From a virus (lineage: Duplodnaviria; Caudoviricetes): a DNA stretch of 57,251 bases. Shown piece after piece: positions 7,429-17,050 of this stretch; within the stretch, counting starts at the first letter, position 1, and every line of letters starts with the position of its first letter. The stretch is taken from the IMG/VR virus record IMGVR_UViG_3300025723_000044, positions 1-57,251 of that record; one strand, 5' to 3'. Under the pieces are notes generated by a model that did no database searches, was not told the DNA's origin, and worked only from the letters and a program-made list of their open reading frames with translations. The position numbers and the translations under genes are program-made.

Positions 7429-7456
7429 ATTGTACGGAGAGGGGAGGAAACGGCTA
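7429..7456 (-). promoter_or_regulatory. Possible early leftward promoter
   Basis: Minus-strand TACAAT at 7434-7429; no well-spaced consensus -35. Confidence 0.4.
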
Positions 7457-7644
7457 GGTCAAAGGTTCGCCTATCCGAACCCAAAAATCGAAATTCGAGA
7501 ACTAAAGACCCCACCTACCCCCCACAACCCATATATGGAGAGCCTACCATCCGGCCCATGAACACTGTTCCATAACCATTCCCATTATTTCTGTAATACT
7601 TTAGTATACCCCCTATATTATTTTAAAAAAATTATAAAATCTCA

Positions 7645-7662
7645 TTGTCTAATGTTAGACAA
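7645..7662. promoter_or_regulatory. 18-bp operator-like palindrome
   Basis: TTGTCTAA-TG-TTAGACAA; variants at 1552 and 53031. Confidence 0.65.
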
Positions 7663-7670
7663 ACACCCAT

Positions 7671-7696
7671 AAAAAAACCCCGCGCTATGGCGGGGT
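7671..7696 (-). terminator. Intrinsic terminator, leftward
   Basis: Minus strand ACCCCGC-CATAGC-GCGGGGT followed by T-run. Confidence 0.65.
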
Positions 7697-7739
7697 GAAG
7701 GTTTCTTTGCAAAAACCAAGAGAAGCAAACGGCAACTGC

Positions 7740-7769
7740 TTGCACATTTACTGATATGTAGTGTACACT
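7740..7769 (+). promoter_or_regulatory. Putative promoter for the packaging/structural operon
   Basis: TTGCAC-18 bp-TACACT upstream of ATG 7801; TAGTGTAYAYT shared with the 16949 promoter. Confidence 0.5.
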
Positions 7770-7800
7770 AAAGCCAACGAGGTTTCAATAAGGCCTACGC

Positions 7801-8418
7801 ATGTTAGATCATTTAATTGATTTCGATCCAGAAGTAAGTGATGACTTACAAGATTTTACGCCGTTGGATAAGGCAGGGATAACCGCCACTGTTGACGCTA
7901 AAATCAATACCAGCAACTGGCTTAAAAAACACGGCAGTGTTGATAGCGAGCATATTGCAACTGCGCTAGATACCAAAGCGGCGCGTATATCATTTGCCAA
8001 TATCGTATCCGCTGCGCCTGAAGAGATTACGCACACAGCACTTGCAGAAGTTAAAACACCCGCCGCAGTTCAGCACCTTGTAGGAATGCTGACAGCATAT
8101 GACTGGGAATTTGTACAGCAGGCCAAAGAACTCCGTGGTTATGCGGTTGCAAAGATTCTTGAAGAAGTCGAAAACCCCAGCGCCAATATCCGCCTCAAGG
8201 CATTGGCTTTGCTTGGCAAGGTAACAGAAGTTGGGCTCTTCACTGAAAAGATTGAAGTGCAGAAAACGGAGATGAGCAACACTGAACTTGACCAACGCAT
8301 CAAGGACAAGCTCAATAAATTCATGGAAGTGGTGGACGTTCTTGCTAATAAAGATGCGGACATCGTTGACTTAGAGATCAATGGATCTAACCCAGATCAC
8401 GAGCCTGACGCCGCTTGA
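7801..8418 (+). CDS. Putative terminase small subunit
   Basis: Directly upstream of and overlapping TerL; RLKALALLGK...GLFTEKIEV C-terminal pattern. Confidence 0.65.
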   Translation: MLDHLIDFDPEVSDDLQDFTPLDKAGITATVDAKINTSNWLKKHGSVDSEHIATALDTKAARISFANIVSAAPEEITHTALAEVKTPAAVQHLVGMLTAYDWEFVQQAKELRGYAVAKILEEVENPSANIRLKALALLGKVTEVGLFTEKIEVQKTEMSNTELDQRIKDKLNKFMEVVDVLANKDADIVDLEINGSNPDHEPDAA

Positions 8419-9907
8419 GGCCAAGCTCATCCAACAAAATCTGCCCCACATGACCAAGGCAGAGAAGCTAGAGCTGTTTGCAGATTTAGATGAACGAGAG
8501 AAACGCGCCAGTCTAACGGCCGCACAAAGCAGTATCTTGGGGTTTGCCAACTACATTTATCCAGGCTTTAAGACAGGCCCCCACCACAGGAAGTTGGCCA
8601 AGATATTTGAAGAGGTGATTGCGGGAACCAAGAAGCGGGTCATTATTAATATTGCCCCGCGCCACGGCAAGTCGGAGTTCAGTTCTTATTTGTTCCCTGC
8701 ATACTTCCTTGGCAAGTTCCCTGACAAGAAGATTATCATGGGCACGCACACTGCGGGTCTATCAGAAGACTTTGGACGACGTGTCCGTAATTTAATTGAT
8801 TCGGAGGAATACCGTGACATTTTTCCCCAAACCCTCGTTGCGGAGGATCAGAAGGCGGCTGGTAAATGGAGTACTTCGGCAGGTGGTCAGTATTACGCCG
8901 CAGGTGTCGGCGGGGCTTTGGCTGGCCGTGGGGCTGATCTCTTTGTTATTGATGATCCACATTCTGAACAAGATGTAAAGACCAACAGCAGACTGGCATT
9001 TGATACAGCATGGTCTTGGTTTCAAACGGGCCCGTTGCAACGTCTGATGCCCAACGGCGCTATTATTGTCATCATGACGCGGTGGTCGCTCTTGGATTTG
9101 ACGGGGAAGTTGCTGGACTACCAGACCAAGAACCCTGAGTCGGTTCCTTGGGAGATTGTTGAACTGCCTGCCATTCTTCCTTCGGGTAAATCCCTATGGC
9201 CAGAGCAATGGCCGATTGAAGCGTTGGAAAAAACAAAAGCGTCACTCGACCCCAAGTACTGGAATGCCCAGTACATGCAACAACCAACGAGTGACAATTC
9301 CGCCATCATTTCTAGAAAGCACTGGCGCATATGGACGGCGGATGATCCCCCCGTTTGTGATTACGTGATTCAGTCTTGGGATACGGCATTTGAGACCAAG
9401 AATAATTCTGACTATAGCGCGTGTACAACGTGGGGGGTTTTCTACAATGAGGAAGAGAACAATAGCCCGCAAGTCATATTACTTGATGCGTTCAAAGACA
9501 GAATGGCTTTTCCAGAGTTAAAAGAAATTGCATTAAAGCACTGGAAAGAATGGCAACCCGATGCGTTCATTGTGGAGAAAAAGGCCGCAGGCGCGCCCTT
9601 GATCCAAGAGTTGCGCAACATGGGAATCCCTGTTCAGGAGTTCTCGCCAAGCCGTGGAAATGATAAGATGGTCAGGTTAAATGCTGTGGCTGACCTTTTC
9701 TCTTCTGGAAAAATCTGGGCCCCTGACACAAGGTGGGCGCGAGAAGTAATTGAAGAAGTAGCCGCATTCCCTGTTGGCGAGCACGATGACTATGTGGATA
9801 CAACGTCCCAAGCATTGCTACGCTATAGGCAAGGGGGATTTATCACGCTAGACTCTGACGAACGGGAAGATAAAGTCTTTCGTCGTCGGCAAGCCGCATA
9901 TTATTAA
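8381..9907 (+). CDS. terL: Terminase large subunit
   Basis: Walker A APRHGKS, Walker B FVIDD, MTRW coupling motif, RNase H-like SWDTA and HDDYVD. Confidence 0.95.
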   Translation: MDLTQITSLTPLEAKLIQQNLPHMTKAEKLELFADLDEREKRASLTAAQSSILGFANYIYPGFKTGPHHRKLAKIFEEVIAGTKKRVIINIAPRHGKSEFSSYLFPAYFLGKFPDKKIIMGTHTAGLSEDFGRRVRNLIDSEEYRDIFPQTLVAEDQKAAGKWSTSAGGQYYAAGVGGALAGRGADLFVIDDPHSEQDVKTNSRLAFDTAWSWFQTGPLQRLMPNGAIIVIMTRWSLLDLTGKLLDYQTKNPESVPWEIVELPAILPSGKSLWPEQWPIEALEKTKASLDPKYWNAQYMQQPTSDNSAIISRKHWRIWTADDPPVCDYVIQSWDTAFETKNNSDYSACTTWGVFYNEEENNSPQVILLDAFKDRMAFPELKEIALKHWKEWQPDAFIVEKKAAGAPLIQELRNMGIPVQEFSPSRGNDKMVRLNAVADLFSSGKIWAPDTRWAREVIEEVAAFPVGEHDDYVDTTSQALLRYRQGGFITLDSDEREDKVFRRRQAAYY

Positions 9908-9915
9908 GGATCATC

Positions 9916-12441
9916 ATGGCAACAAGTAGTTTTGACAAATCGTTATATCAAGCCCCTGAAGGACTGGATGCCTTGGGCGCGGGCGAAGAACCGTTAGAGA
10001 TAGAGATTGAAGACCCAGAGGCAGTACATATTAAAGCGGGGGACATGGAGATCGAGATTCACCCCAAAGACTCCACCCAAGGAGATGAAGAGTTTGACGA
10101 CAACTTGGCCGAGTATATTAGTGATTCAAGGCTACAAACGGTTGCAGGTGATCTTGAGTATGACATTGACCAAGACCGGGCATCACGCAAAGATTGGGAG
10201 AAAGCTTACACCGAAGGCTTGAAGCTATTGGGTCTGCACATGGAGGAGCGTACCGAGCCTTGGGACGGCGCTTGTGGCGTATTCCATCCCATGATCACAG
10301 AAGCCGTGGTACGGTTCCAAGCGGAGATGATTACCGAGACATTCCCAGCCCAAGGGCCTGTTCTTAGTAAGATCATTGGTAAAGAAACGCCTGAGACACG
10401 CGAGATATCTGTGAATGTTCAAGCAGATATGAACCATGAGTTGACGGACGTGATGAAAGAGTACCGACCCGAGCACGAGCGGATGCTTTGGTCGCTACCT
10501 GCCACAGGTTCGGCTTTTAAGAAAGTGTACTTTGATCCCAACTTGGGACGGCAAGTCAGTATGTTTGTGCCAGCCGAAGACATCATCCTGCCCTATGGGG
10601 CGACGGATATGGACACTTGCCACCGCATTACCCATGTGATGCGCAAGACCAAGAACGATATCTTAAAACTGCAAGCTGCCGGCTTTTATGTGGACTGTGA
10701 GTTGCCGGATCCTCCACGGATGCGCGATGATATTAAACAAGCCAAAGACCACGAGACTGGCTTTAGTGACTTGAATGACGACCGTTACACGTTGTATGAG
10801 TGCCACGTTGACTTGGACTTGGATGGGTTCCAAGACGTTGATGAAGACGGAGAAGAGACTGGCATCGCACATCCTTACGTTGTGACCCTCATTAGAGGCA
10901 CAAACACCATTCTCTCAATCAGACGAAACTGGAAGGAAGGCGATGTACTCAAACTCAAACGACAGCACTTTGTCCACTACCAATACATCCCCGGCTTCGG
11001 TGCCTATGGATTTGGTTTATTCCATCTCATCGGGGGTTTTGCAAAGTCGGCCACGAGTATCATGCGACAACTTGTTGACGCAGGAACTCTCTCCAATTTA
11101 CCGGGCGGCCTCAAGTCCAGAGGACTACGCATTAAAGGCGATGACACACCAATTGCTCCGGGGGAATTTAGGGATGTCGATGTCGCTTCAGGAAACATAA
11201 GAGACTCCATCCTACCGCTACCTTACAAAGAACCCAGCAACGTCTTGTTCAATTTGCTGGGACAAATTGTGGACGAAGGACGTCGGTTTGCTGCAACAGC
11301 CGACATGCAAGTGTCTGACATGAACTCCCAAGCTCCTGTGGGCACAACACTGGCGTTACTTGAGCGTCAGCTTAAAGTGTTGACAGCGGTGCAGGCTCGT
11401 GTGCACTTTGCACTCAAGCAAGAGTTAAAACTCATAAAAGATTTGATTCGTGACTACACGGATCCGGACTATACCTACGATCCAGAATATGGTGGCCGCA
11501 AGTCCAAGCAAGAAGACTACGACAAGGTTGACATTATCCCAGTGTCAGACCCCAATGCCGCAACACTGTCTCAACGGGTGGTGCAGTATCAAGCGGTCAT
11601 GCAGATGGCGCAGATGGCGCCTCAAATCTATGACTTGCCACAGTTGCACAGGTCAATGCTCGATGTCTTGGGAATAAAGAACGCTGAGAAACTAGTACCC
11701 CTACCTGATGACCAAAAACCTGTCGATCCAGTGTCTGAGAACCAAGCCGTGCTTAAGGGTAAACCCTTAAAAGCGTTTGAATACCAAGACCATCAGGCGC
11801 ATATGGCGGTGCATAACTCTTTAATTAACGATCCCATGATTATGGCCATGATTGGGCAGAACCCACAGATGCAGGCCATTATGGGCTCGCTACAGGCACA
11901 TATTGCCGAGCACGTAGGGTTTATGTACAGAAACATGGTGTCTCAGCAGCTTGGCATGGCGCTGCCTCCAGAAGACGAGAAGTTGCCTCCAGAAGCAGAA
12001 AAAGCCTTGTCTACGCTCTTGGCGCAAGCGGCCAATCAAGTTATGCAACAAGGTCAAGCAGCGGCTGCCCAACAGCAGGCACAACAGCAACAGCAAGACC
12101 CGCTTATACAAATGCAGCAAGCCCAGTTGCAATTGCAACAACAAGAAGTCCAAATCAAAGGACAAAAAGCTCAAATAGATGGGCAAATTGCGCAAGCCAA
12201 GTTACAGCTGGAACAGCAAAAAATCAACAACGCAAAAGAACTTGATGCCATGAAAGTGGGAATCGACTCGGCCAAACATCAAGCGCAGTTGGCACAGCAA
12301 GCAAAACAAGCAAGCATAAATACACTCACAGACATTGGCAAACACAAAGCAGAATTGGATTTGCAACGCCGAGAAAATATGATGCAACATCTCCAACAAT
12401 TTAAACGGGATGAAAAACCGCCAAAGGAACCTAAAGCATGA
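9916..12441 (+). CDS. Portal protein with long Gln-rich C-terminal tail
   Basis: 841 aa after TerL; GSAFKKVYFD, YGFGL motifs; Q-rich coiled coil as in P22-like portals. Confidence 0.88.
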   Translation: MATSSFDKSLYQAPEGLDALGAGEEPLEIEIEDPEAVHIKAGDMEIEIHPKDSTQGDEEFDDNLAEYISDSRLQTVAGDLEYDIDQDRASRKDWEKAYTEGLKLLGLHMEERTEPWDGACGVFHPMITEAVVRFQAEMITETFPAQGPVLSKIIGKETPETREISVNVQADMNHELTDVMKEYRPEHERMLWSLPATGSAFKKVYFDPNLGRQVSMFVPAEDIILPYGATDMDTCHRITHVMRKTKNDILKLQAAGFYVDCELPDPPRMRDDIKQAKDHETGFSDLNDDRYTLYECHVDLDLDGFQDVDEDGEETGIAHPYVVTLIRGTNTILSIRRNWKEGDVLKLKRQHFVHYQYIPGFGAYGFGLFHLIGGFAKSATSIMRQLVDAGTLSNLPGGLKSRGLRIKGDDTPIAPGEFRDVDVASGNIRDSILPLPYKEPSNVLFNLLGQIVDEGRRFAATADMQVSDMNSQAPVGTTLALLERQLKVLTAVQARVHFALKQELKLIKDLIRDYTDPDYTYDPEYGGRKSKQEDYDKVDIIPVSDPNAATLSQRVVQYQAVMQMAQMAPQIYDLPQLHRSMLDVLGIKNAEKLVPLPDDQKPVDPVSENQAVLKGKPLKAFEYQDHQAHMAVHNSLINDPMIMAMIGQNPQMQAIMGSLQAHIAEHVGFMYRNMVSQQLGMALPPEDEKLPPEAEKALSTLLAQAANQVMQQGQAAAAQQQAQQQQQDPLIQMQQAQLQLQQQEVQIKGQKAQIDGQIAQAKLQLEQQKINNAKELDAMKVGIDSAKHQAQLAQQAKQASINTLTDIGKHKAELDLQRRENMMQHLQQFKRDEKPPKEPKA

Positions 12442-12632
12442 TAGACCAATTCGCACGCGTATTGCGCGACAAATTACGCCACGACATGAACAACTACGCC
12501 GATGACTTGGCGGGGGGTGTCTGTCGCAACTTTGAAGAATACCAAAAACTCTGCGGGCTTATTTCGGGTCTGGCCATTGCAGAGCGTTATCTCCTAGACC
12601 TGCTAAAAGAAAGTGAAGAAGACGATGAGTGA
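12438..12632 (+). CDS. Small hypothetical head-module protein
   Basis: ATGA overlap with portal; NFEEYQKLCGLISGL motif. Confidence 0.75.
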   Translation: MIDQFARVLRDKLRHDMNNYADDLAGGVCRNFEEYQKLCGLISGLAIAERYLLDLLKESEEDDE

Positions 12633-13059
12633 TTTGATTTTGCCCCCCGGCGTTGACATGCCACCCCCGATCCAACCCGTGGAAACCCCACCCGAGGATG
12701 CAACGGCCGAAGAAAAAGCAACAGTTCTACCAGAACCAAGCGGTTACCACATCCTCTGCGGTGTGCCTGACATCTCTGACAAGATTGACGGAACTAACCT
12801 TGACTTGGTACGACCTTCTCAATATGCAGCGCAAGAACAACATGCAACCACTGTTTTATTTGTGTTGAAGTTGGGCCCAGCGGCTTATACCGATGCAAGC
12901 AAAACTCCCGGAGGCCCTTGGTGTAAACCCGGAGACTTCGTGCTCACCCGCACGTACGCAGGTACGCGTGTAAAGATTTTTGGTAAAGAGTTTCGTATCA
13001 TCAACGACGATCAAGTTGATGCTGTTGTGCAAGACCCTCGTGGAATAACCCGAGCATAA
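12625..13059 (+). CDS. groES: GroES/Cpn10-like co-chaperonin
   Basis: VLKLGPAAY...WCKPGDFVLTRTYAGTRVKIFGKEFRIINDDQVDAVV matches the Cpn10 pattern. Confidence 0.8.
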   Translation: MSDLILPPGVDMPPPIQPVETPPEDATAEEKATVLPEPSGYHILCGVPDISDKIDGTNLDLVRPSQYAAQEQHATTVLFVLKLGPAAYTDASKTPGGPWCKPGDFVLTRTYAGTRVKIFGKEFRIINDDQVDAVVQDPRGITRA

Positions 13060-13069
13060 GGAGTAAGAA

Positions 13070-14017
13070 ATGGCAAATGAACCGTACAAGTTCCCTGATG
13101 AAATAGAAGGCGAACAAACAATTGATATCAAGGCGGATGCGCCTGAAATTGAAATTGAAGTTATAGACGACACGCCTATTGAAGATCGTGGCCGTTGGCC
13201 CTTAAACAAGGAAGTCGAAGACCCTACGGATGAAGAAATTGAAAACTACTCCGATAAAGTCAAACACAGGATCAAAGAACTAACGCATGCTAGACATGAC
13301 GAACGTAGATCTAAAGAAGCCGTACTCCGAGAGAAACAAGAGCTTGAGCGTCTTGCACAGCATCTGATTGAAGAGAATAAAAGTCTTAAAAAGAGCGTTA
13401 ACGTCGGCCAGGAAGCGTTCATCTCCTCTTCCAAGGAGAAAGCGGAGGCAGACGTTGCGATGGCTAGACGTCAGTATAAAGAGGCTCAAGAGGCATTTGA
13501 CACTGACGCTATCATTGCGGCGCAAGAAGCCTTGACTGAAGCCAAGTGGAATCTCGAAAAAGTAAAAAATTATCGAGCAACCCCTTTACAAGAGCAAGAA
13601 AATACGGTACAAACTCAACCTAGACAGACTCAATCTGTACAACCAGACGAAAAGTCCCTGCGCTGGCAGGCAAAAAACCAGTGGTTTGGTTCACAGGGGT
13701 TTGAGGAAGTTACCAGCTTTTCACTAGGGCTGCATCAAAAACTAGTGAACTCGGGGATTGATCCTCGCTCTGACGAATATTACGAGCAAATAGATGCTCG
13801 CGTTCGTTCTACGTTCCCAGAAATGTTTGGGGGCGGAGAACAAAAAAGATCTGAGGCCAAACGGCCTTCCAGTGTTGTTGCGCCTGCGTCGCGTTCAACG
13901 ACCGCAGGAAAAGTTAAACTTACAACAACCCAACTTGGGTTGGCAAAAAAGTTTGGATTAACACCACAACAATACGCTATGCAAGTAGCAAAACTGGAGG
14001 CTCAACAAAATGGCTGA
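13070..14017 (+). CDS. Capsid scaffolding protein
   Basis: Acidic N-terminus, long coiled coil, basic C-terminal helix; AAGGAG RBS; position before capsid genes. Confidence 0.7.
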   Translation: MANEPYKFPDEIEGEQTIDIKADAPEIEIEVIDDTPIEDRGRWPLNKEVEDPTDEEIENYSDKVKHRIKELTHARHDERRSKEAVLREKQELERLAQHLIEENKSLKKSVNVGQEAFISSSKEKAEADVAMARRQYKEAQEAFDTDAIIAAQEALTEAKWNLEKVKNYRATPLQEQENTVQTQPRQTQSVQPDEKSLRWQAKNQWFGSQGFEEVTSFSLGLHQKLVNSGIDPRSDEYYEQIDARVRSTFPEMFGGGEQKRSEAKRPSSVVAPASRSTTAGKVKLTTTQLGLAKKFGLTPQQYAMQVAKLEAQQNG

Positions 14018-14453
14018 TAACAGAACACCCCGTGACGTAATAACACGCGAAAAATCTGCTCGTGCGGTTTATACCCCATCGAGTGCTTTACCCGATCCTA
14101 CACCCCAACCCGGTGTTGAGTTTCGTTATGTCATGACACACATTTTAGGTAAAGCGGATCACACCAGATTGTCTCGTATGAGACGTGAAGGTTGGGAACC
14201 AGTCAAAGCAGCAGATCACCCTGAGCTTATGATTGAGGGCGATGTCAATGGAAACGTAGAAATTGGTGGGTTGATACTCTGTAAAAACTCTACTGAGAAT
14301 GTGCGTGCCTATAACGACTATTACGCCAAACAAGCACAAGATCAGATGGATTCTGTTGATAACAGCTTCATGAAAGACAGTGATCCAAGGATGCGCAAGT
14401 TTGCAGAGCGAAGCTCTACAGTCTCACGCGGATTTGGTGCAGGTTCAAAGTAA
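14010..14453 (+). CDS. Head-module hypothetical protein
   Basis: REGWEPV...IGGLILCK motif; overlaps scaffold gene. Confidence 0.8.
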   Translation: MADNRTPRDVITREKSARAVYTPSSALPDPTPQPGVEFRYVMTHILGKADHTRLSRMRREGWEPVKAADHPELMIEGDVNGNVEIGGLILCKNSTENVRAYNDYYAKQAQDQMDSVDNSFMKDSDPRMRKFAERSSTVSRGFGAGSK

Positions 14454-14473
14454 ACTTAATCAGGAGTCCTTAA

Positions 14474-15343
14474 ATGGCATATCCCATTATTCCCGCTCCA
14501 TACGGGTTTAAAGCGGTCAGTGAGTTCGGCGGATTACCCTATTCTGGGTCAACTCGCATGTATCCCATTGCTACTGCTTATGGTACATCGTTGTTCTATG
14601 GCGACATTGTTCAACTTTCTGGCGGTACTATTGTTACCACTACCATGTCTGCGGCTTCTAGCCCCGGAACTGCGGTAGCTGGTACTTTGGGTATCTTTGT
14701 TGGCGCTGAGTACACTAACTCATCTAGTCAAATCGTTCGCGCTCAGTACTACCCAGCTAGTACAACCGCTAATGCAATGGTTGGATACGTTATTGACGAT
14801 CCTCGCGTTGTGTTCAAAGCAGTGATGGTTGCTCAAGGTACTTCCTTGTCCAACACAGCTTCTACAGTTGGCTACGCTAACGCCACCTTTATCGGTTCTA
14901 ACCTCTATGCCGTCACAGGTACAGCAGGTAACACCACGACTGGTGACTCAGCAATGGCTGTTTCTGGCGCTGTTATCAGCTCTGGTACATCTGGTAATAC
15001 TCGTATTGCTTCAGCACTACCCTTCCGTTGCGTTGGTATGGTTCAAGATACCGCTGTTACTGTGACTGCTACTGGTGGTAATGCAAATACCTCCGGTACT
15101 ACCGTGACATTGACTGCGGCTAACACTGCTATCCAACCCGGAATGCAGTTGATTGCTCAAGGCGTGAGTGGTGTTGCCCAAGGTAACTACATTTCTGTAA
15201 CCAACGTAAACGGCACAACCGTGACTTTGGCTTCCAGTATTGCAGTGCCCACAGGCACACAACTTTCTTTTGTCGGTTTCCCTGAAGTTTTGGTGACCTG
15301 GAATGCAACATTCCAAGGTATGACCAATACTGCTGGCGTTTAA
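14474..15343 (+). CDS. Capsid decoration/minor head protein with inserted beta-domain
   Basis: CAGGAG RBS; directly upstream of MCP; APYGFKAV, GIFVG, VIDDP motifs. Confidence 0.7.
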   Translation: MAYPIIPAPYGFKAVSEFGGLPYSGSTRMYPIATAYGTSLFYGDIVQLSGGTIVTTTMSAASSPGTAVAGTLGIFVGAEYTNSSSQIVRAQYYPASTTANAMVGYVIDDPRVVFKAVMVAQGTSLSNTASTVGYANATFIGSNLYAVTGTAGNTTTGDSAMAVSGAVISSGTSGNTRIASALPFRCVGMVQDTAVTVTATGGNANTSGTTVTLTAANTAIQPGMQLIAQGVSGVAQGNYISVTNVNGTTVTLASSIAVPTGTQLSFVGFPEVLVTWNATFQGMTNTAGV

Positions 15344-15358
15344 TTAAGGAGCTAAAAA

Positions 15359-16261
15359 ATGGCTATTTCACGCGCACAACTACTGAAAGAGTTGCTCCCA
15401 GGTTTGAACGCATTGTTCGGTCTTGAGTACGCTCGCTACGGCGAAGAGCACAAAGAAATCTACGAAACAGAGAAATCTGAGCGTAGCTTTGAAGAAGAGA
15501 CAAAACTGTCAGGCTTCTCAGCCGCACCAGTCAAGGCCGAGGGTACAGCCCTTAGTTATGACAATGCGCAAGAAGCTTTCACAGCTCGTTATAACCACGA
15601 AACCATTGCTTTGGGTTTCTCAATCACTGAAGAGGCGATTGAAGATAACTTGTATGACTCTTTGTCTGCACGTTATACCAAAGGTTTGGCCCGTGCTATG
15701 GCCTACACCAAACAAGTGAAAGCTGCTAACGTGTTGAATAACGCTTACAACGCCGCTTATCCCGGTGGTGATGGCGTGTCTTTGTTGAATACTGCTCACC
15801 CCTTGGTGAACGGTGGCACAAACTCCAACACTGCATCCACTCCTGCTGACTTGAACGAGACTTCTCTTGAGAATGCCGTCATTCAAATCGCAGCTTGGAC
15901 AGACGAGCGTGGTCTTTTGATCGCCGCTAGACCCAAGAAGTTGATTGTTCCACCAGCACTAATGTTCGTTGCAACCCGTTTGCTCGACACAGAATTGCGC
16001 GTTGGTACAAACAACAACGACATTAATGCTCTCAAGAACAACGGTTCAATCCCTGAAGGTTATACCGTTAACCACTTCTTGACAGCAACCAATGCTTGGT
16101 TCCTAACCACTGACGTGCCAAATGGCTTGAAACATTTCGAGCGTACACCTTTGGCTAACTCAATGGATGGAGACTTCGATACGGGTAACGTACGTTACAA
16201 GTCCCGCGAGCGTTATTCGTTTGGCTGGTCTGATCCATTGGGAATCTACGGTTCCTATTAA
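15359..16261 (+). CDS. Major capsid protein (Mu gpT-like, HK97 fold)
   Basis: MAISRAQLLKELLPGLNALFGLEY...PKKLIVPP...RERYSFGWSDP; TAAGGAG RBS; followed by terminator. Confidence 0.9.
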   Translation: MAISRAQLLKELLPGLNALFGLEYARYGEEHKEIYETEKSERSFEEETKLSGFSAAPVKAEGTALSYDNAQEAFTARYNHETIALGFSITEEAIEDNLYDSLSARYTKGLARAMAYTKQVKAANVLNNAYNAAYPGGDGVSLLNTAHPLVNGGTNSNTASTPADLNETSLENAVIQIAAWTDERGLLIAARPKKLIVPPALMFVATRLLDTELRVGTNNNDINALKNNGSIPEGYTVNHFLTATNAWFLTTDVPNGLKHFERTPLANSMDGDFDTGNVRYKSRERYSFGWSDPLGIYGSY

Positions 16262-16284
16262 AATCAAGCACTTAGCTAGATTTC

Positions 16285-16314
16285 AAGGGCCCTTCGGGGC
16301 CCTTTTCTTTTTTT
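16285..16314 (+). terminator. Intrinsic terminator after MCP
   Basis: AAGGGCCC-TTCG-GGGCCCTT plus T-tract. Confidence 0.9.
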
Positions 16315-16322
16315 AAAACTTG

Positions 16323-16354
16323 TGTTATGATTACCTGTAACTAAGTCACAGGAG
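16323..16354 (+). promoter_or_regulatory. Extended -10 promoter and RBS-occluding hairpin for the HNH gene
   Basis: TGtTATGAT 16323-16331; CCTGT 16334-38 pairs with ACAGG 16348-52, overlapping SD AGGAG. Confidence 0.5.
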
Positions 16355-16360
16355 TATTAA

Positions 16361-16951
16361 ATGGACTATCCAACCACAAGAAAAGAAGCAAAGAAAACCG
16401 GCAGTAAGTACTATTTCACTGGACAACCCTGCAAACATGGGCATGTTGCATTGCGCAAAACCAAAGGAGCGTGTGTTGAATGTTTAAAGGTTGAATGGGC
16501 TAAAGGAAATGAAACTCGCGCAGAATACTTTAGACAATATAACCAACGTGAAGATGTAAAAGACAAAAAGAATGAATGGTATGTAGAACACAAAGAGCAA
16601 GTAATTGACGCCGCAAAAACACGACCAATAGAGGTTAAACGTGTATATCAAAAAGCGTGGAAAGAACGTAATACAACATGGGTACGAGCCGATACAAAAG
16701 CACGCAGACGTAAACATAGAAATGCCACACCCAAGTGGTTAACCAAGAAAGAAAAAGCAGAAATTCGTGAGCTTTATAAAATTGCCATAACCATGTCTAA
16801 AACAACTGGGGAGCAGTACGTTGTTGATCATATTGTTCCTTTGCGGGGAGAAGATGTTTGTGGTCTCCATGTGCCTTGGAATCTACGTGTAATCACACAG
16901 GAAGAAAACTTAAAAAAGTCCAATAAACTTCTTGACACGCCCAAAGAATAG
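16361..16951 (+). CDS. Free-standing HNH (homing) endonuclease
   Basis: VDHIVPL...CGLHVPWNLRVITQEENLKKSN; N-terminal CKHGH...CVEC zinc finger. Confidence 0.9.
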   Translation: MDYPTTRKEAKKTGSKYYFTGQPCKHGHVALRKTKGACVECLKVEWAKGNETRAEYFRQYNQREDVKDKKNEWYVEHKEQVIDAAKTRPIEVKRVYQKAWKERNTTWVRADTKARRRKHRNATPKWLTKKEKAEIRELYKIAITMSKTTGEQYVVDHIVPLRGEDVCGLHVPWNLRVITQEENLKKSNKLLDTPKE

Positions 16952-16959
16952 TGTATATT
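16932..16959 (+). promoter_or_regulatory. Sigma70-type promoter
   Basis: TTGACA-16 bp-TATATT immediately upstream of the structured RNA. Confidence 0.6.
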
Positions 16960-16966
16960 GAGGGTT

Positions 16967-17044
16967 GTCTGGGACTTTTTCTCTTGTTGCCAACCCGCCC
17001 AGGGGTCACGATGCAACGATTAACAAGAGGCTTTTGCATAAGGA
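16967..17044 (+). ncRNA. Structured RNA with two pseudoknots, probably the Mu-gpT-DE motif
   Basis: CTCTTGTT/AACAAGAG stem, inner ACCC/GGGT hairpin, CTGGG/CCCAG and ATGCAA/TTGCAT crossing pairs; downstream of a gpT-like MCP. Confidence 0.6.
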
Positions 17045-17050
17045 ATTATC

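Noticed and set aside
12020-12150. CAG/CAA repeat tract
   Set aside because: Encodes the Gln-rich portal tail with mixed codons; not a separate element.
16361-16951. HNH inside a group I intron
   Set aside because: The MCP ends with a normal stop and terminator; no interrupted gene flanks the HNH.
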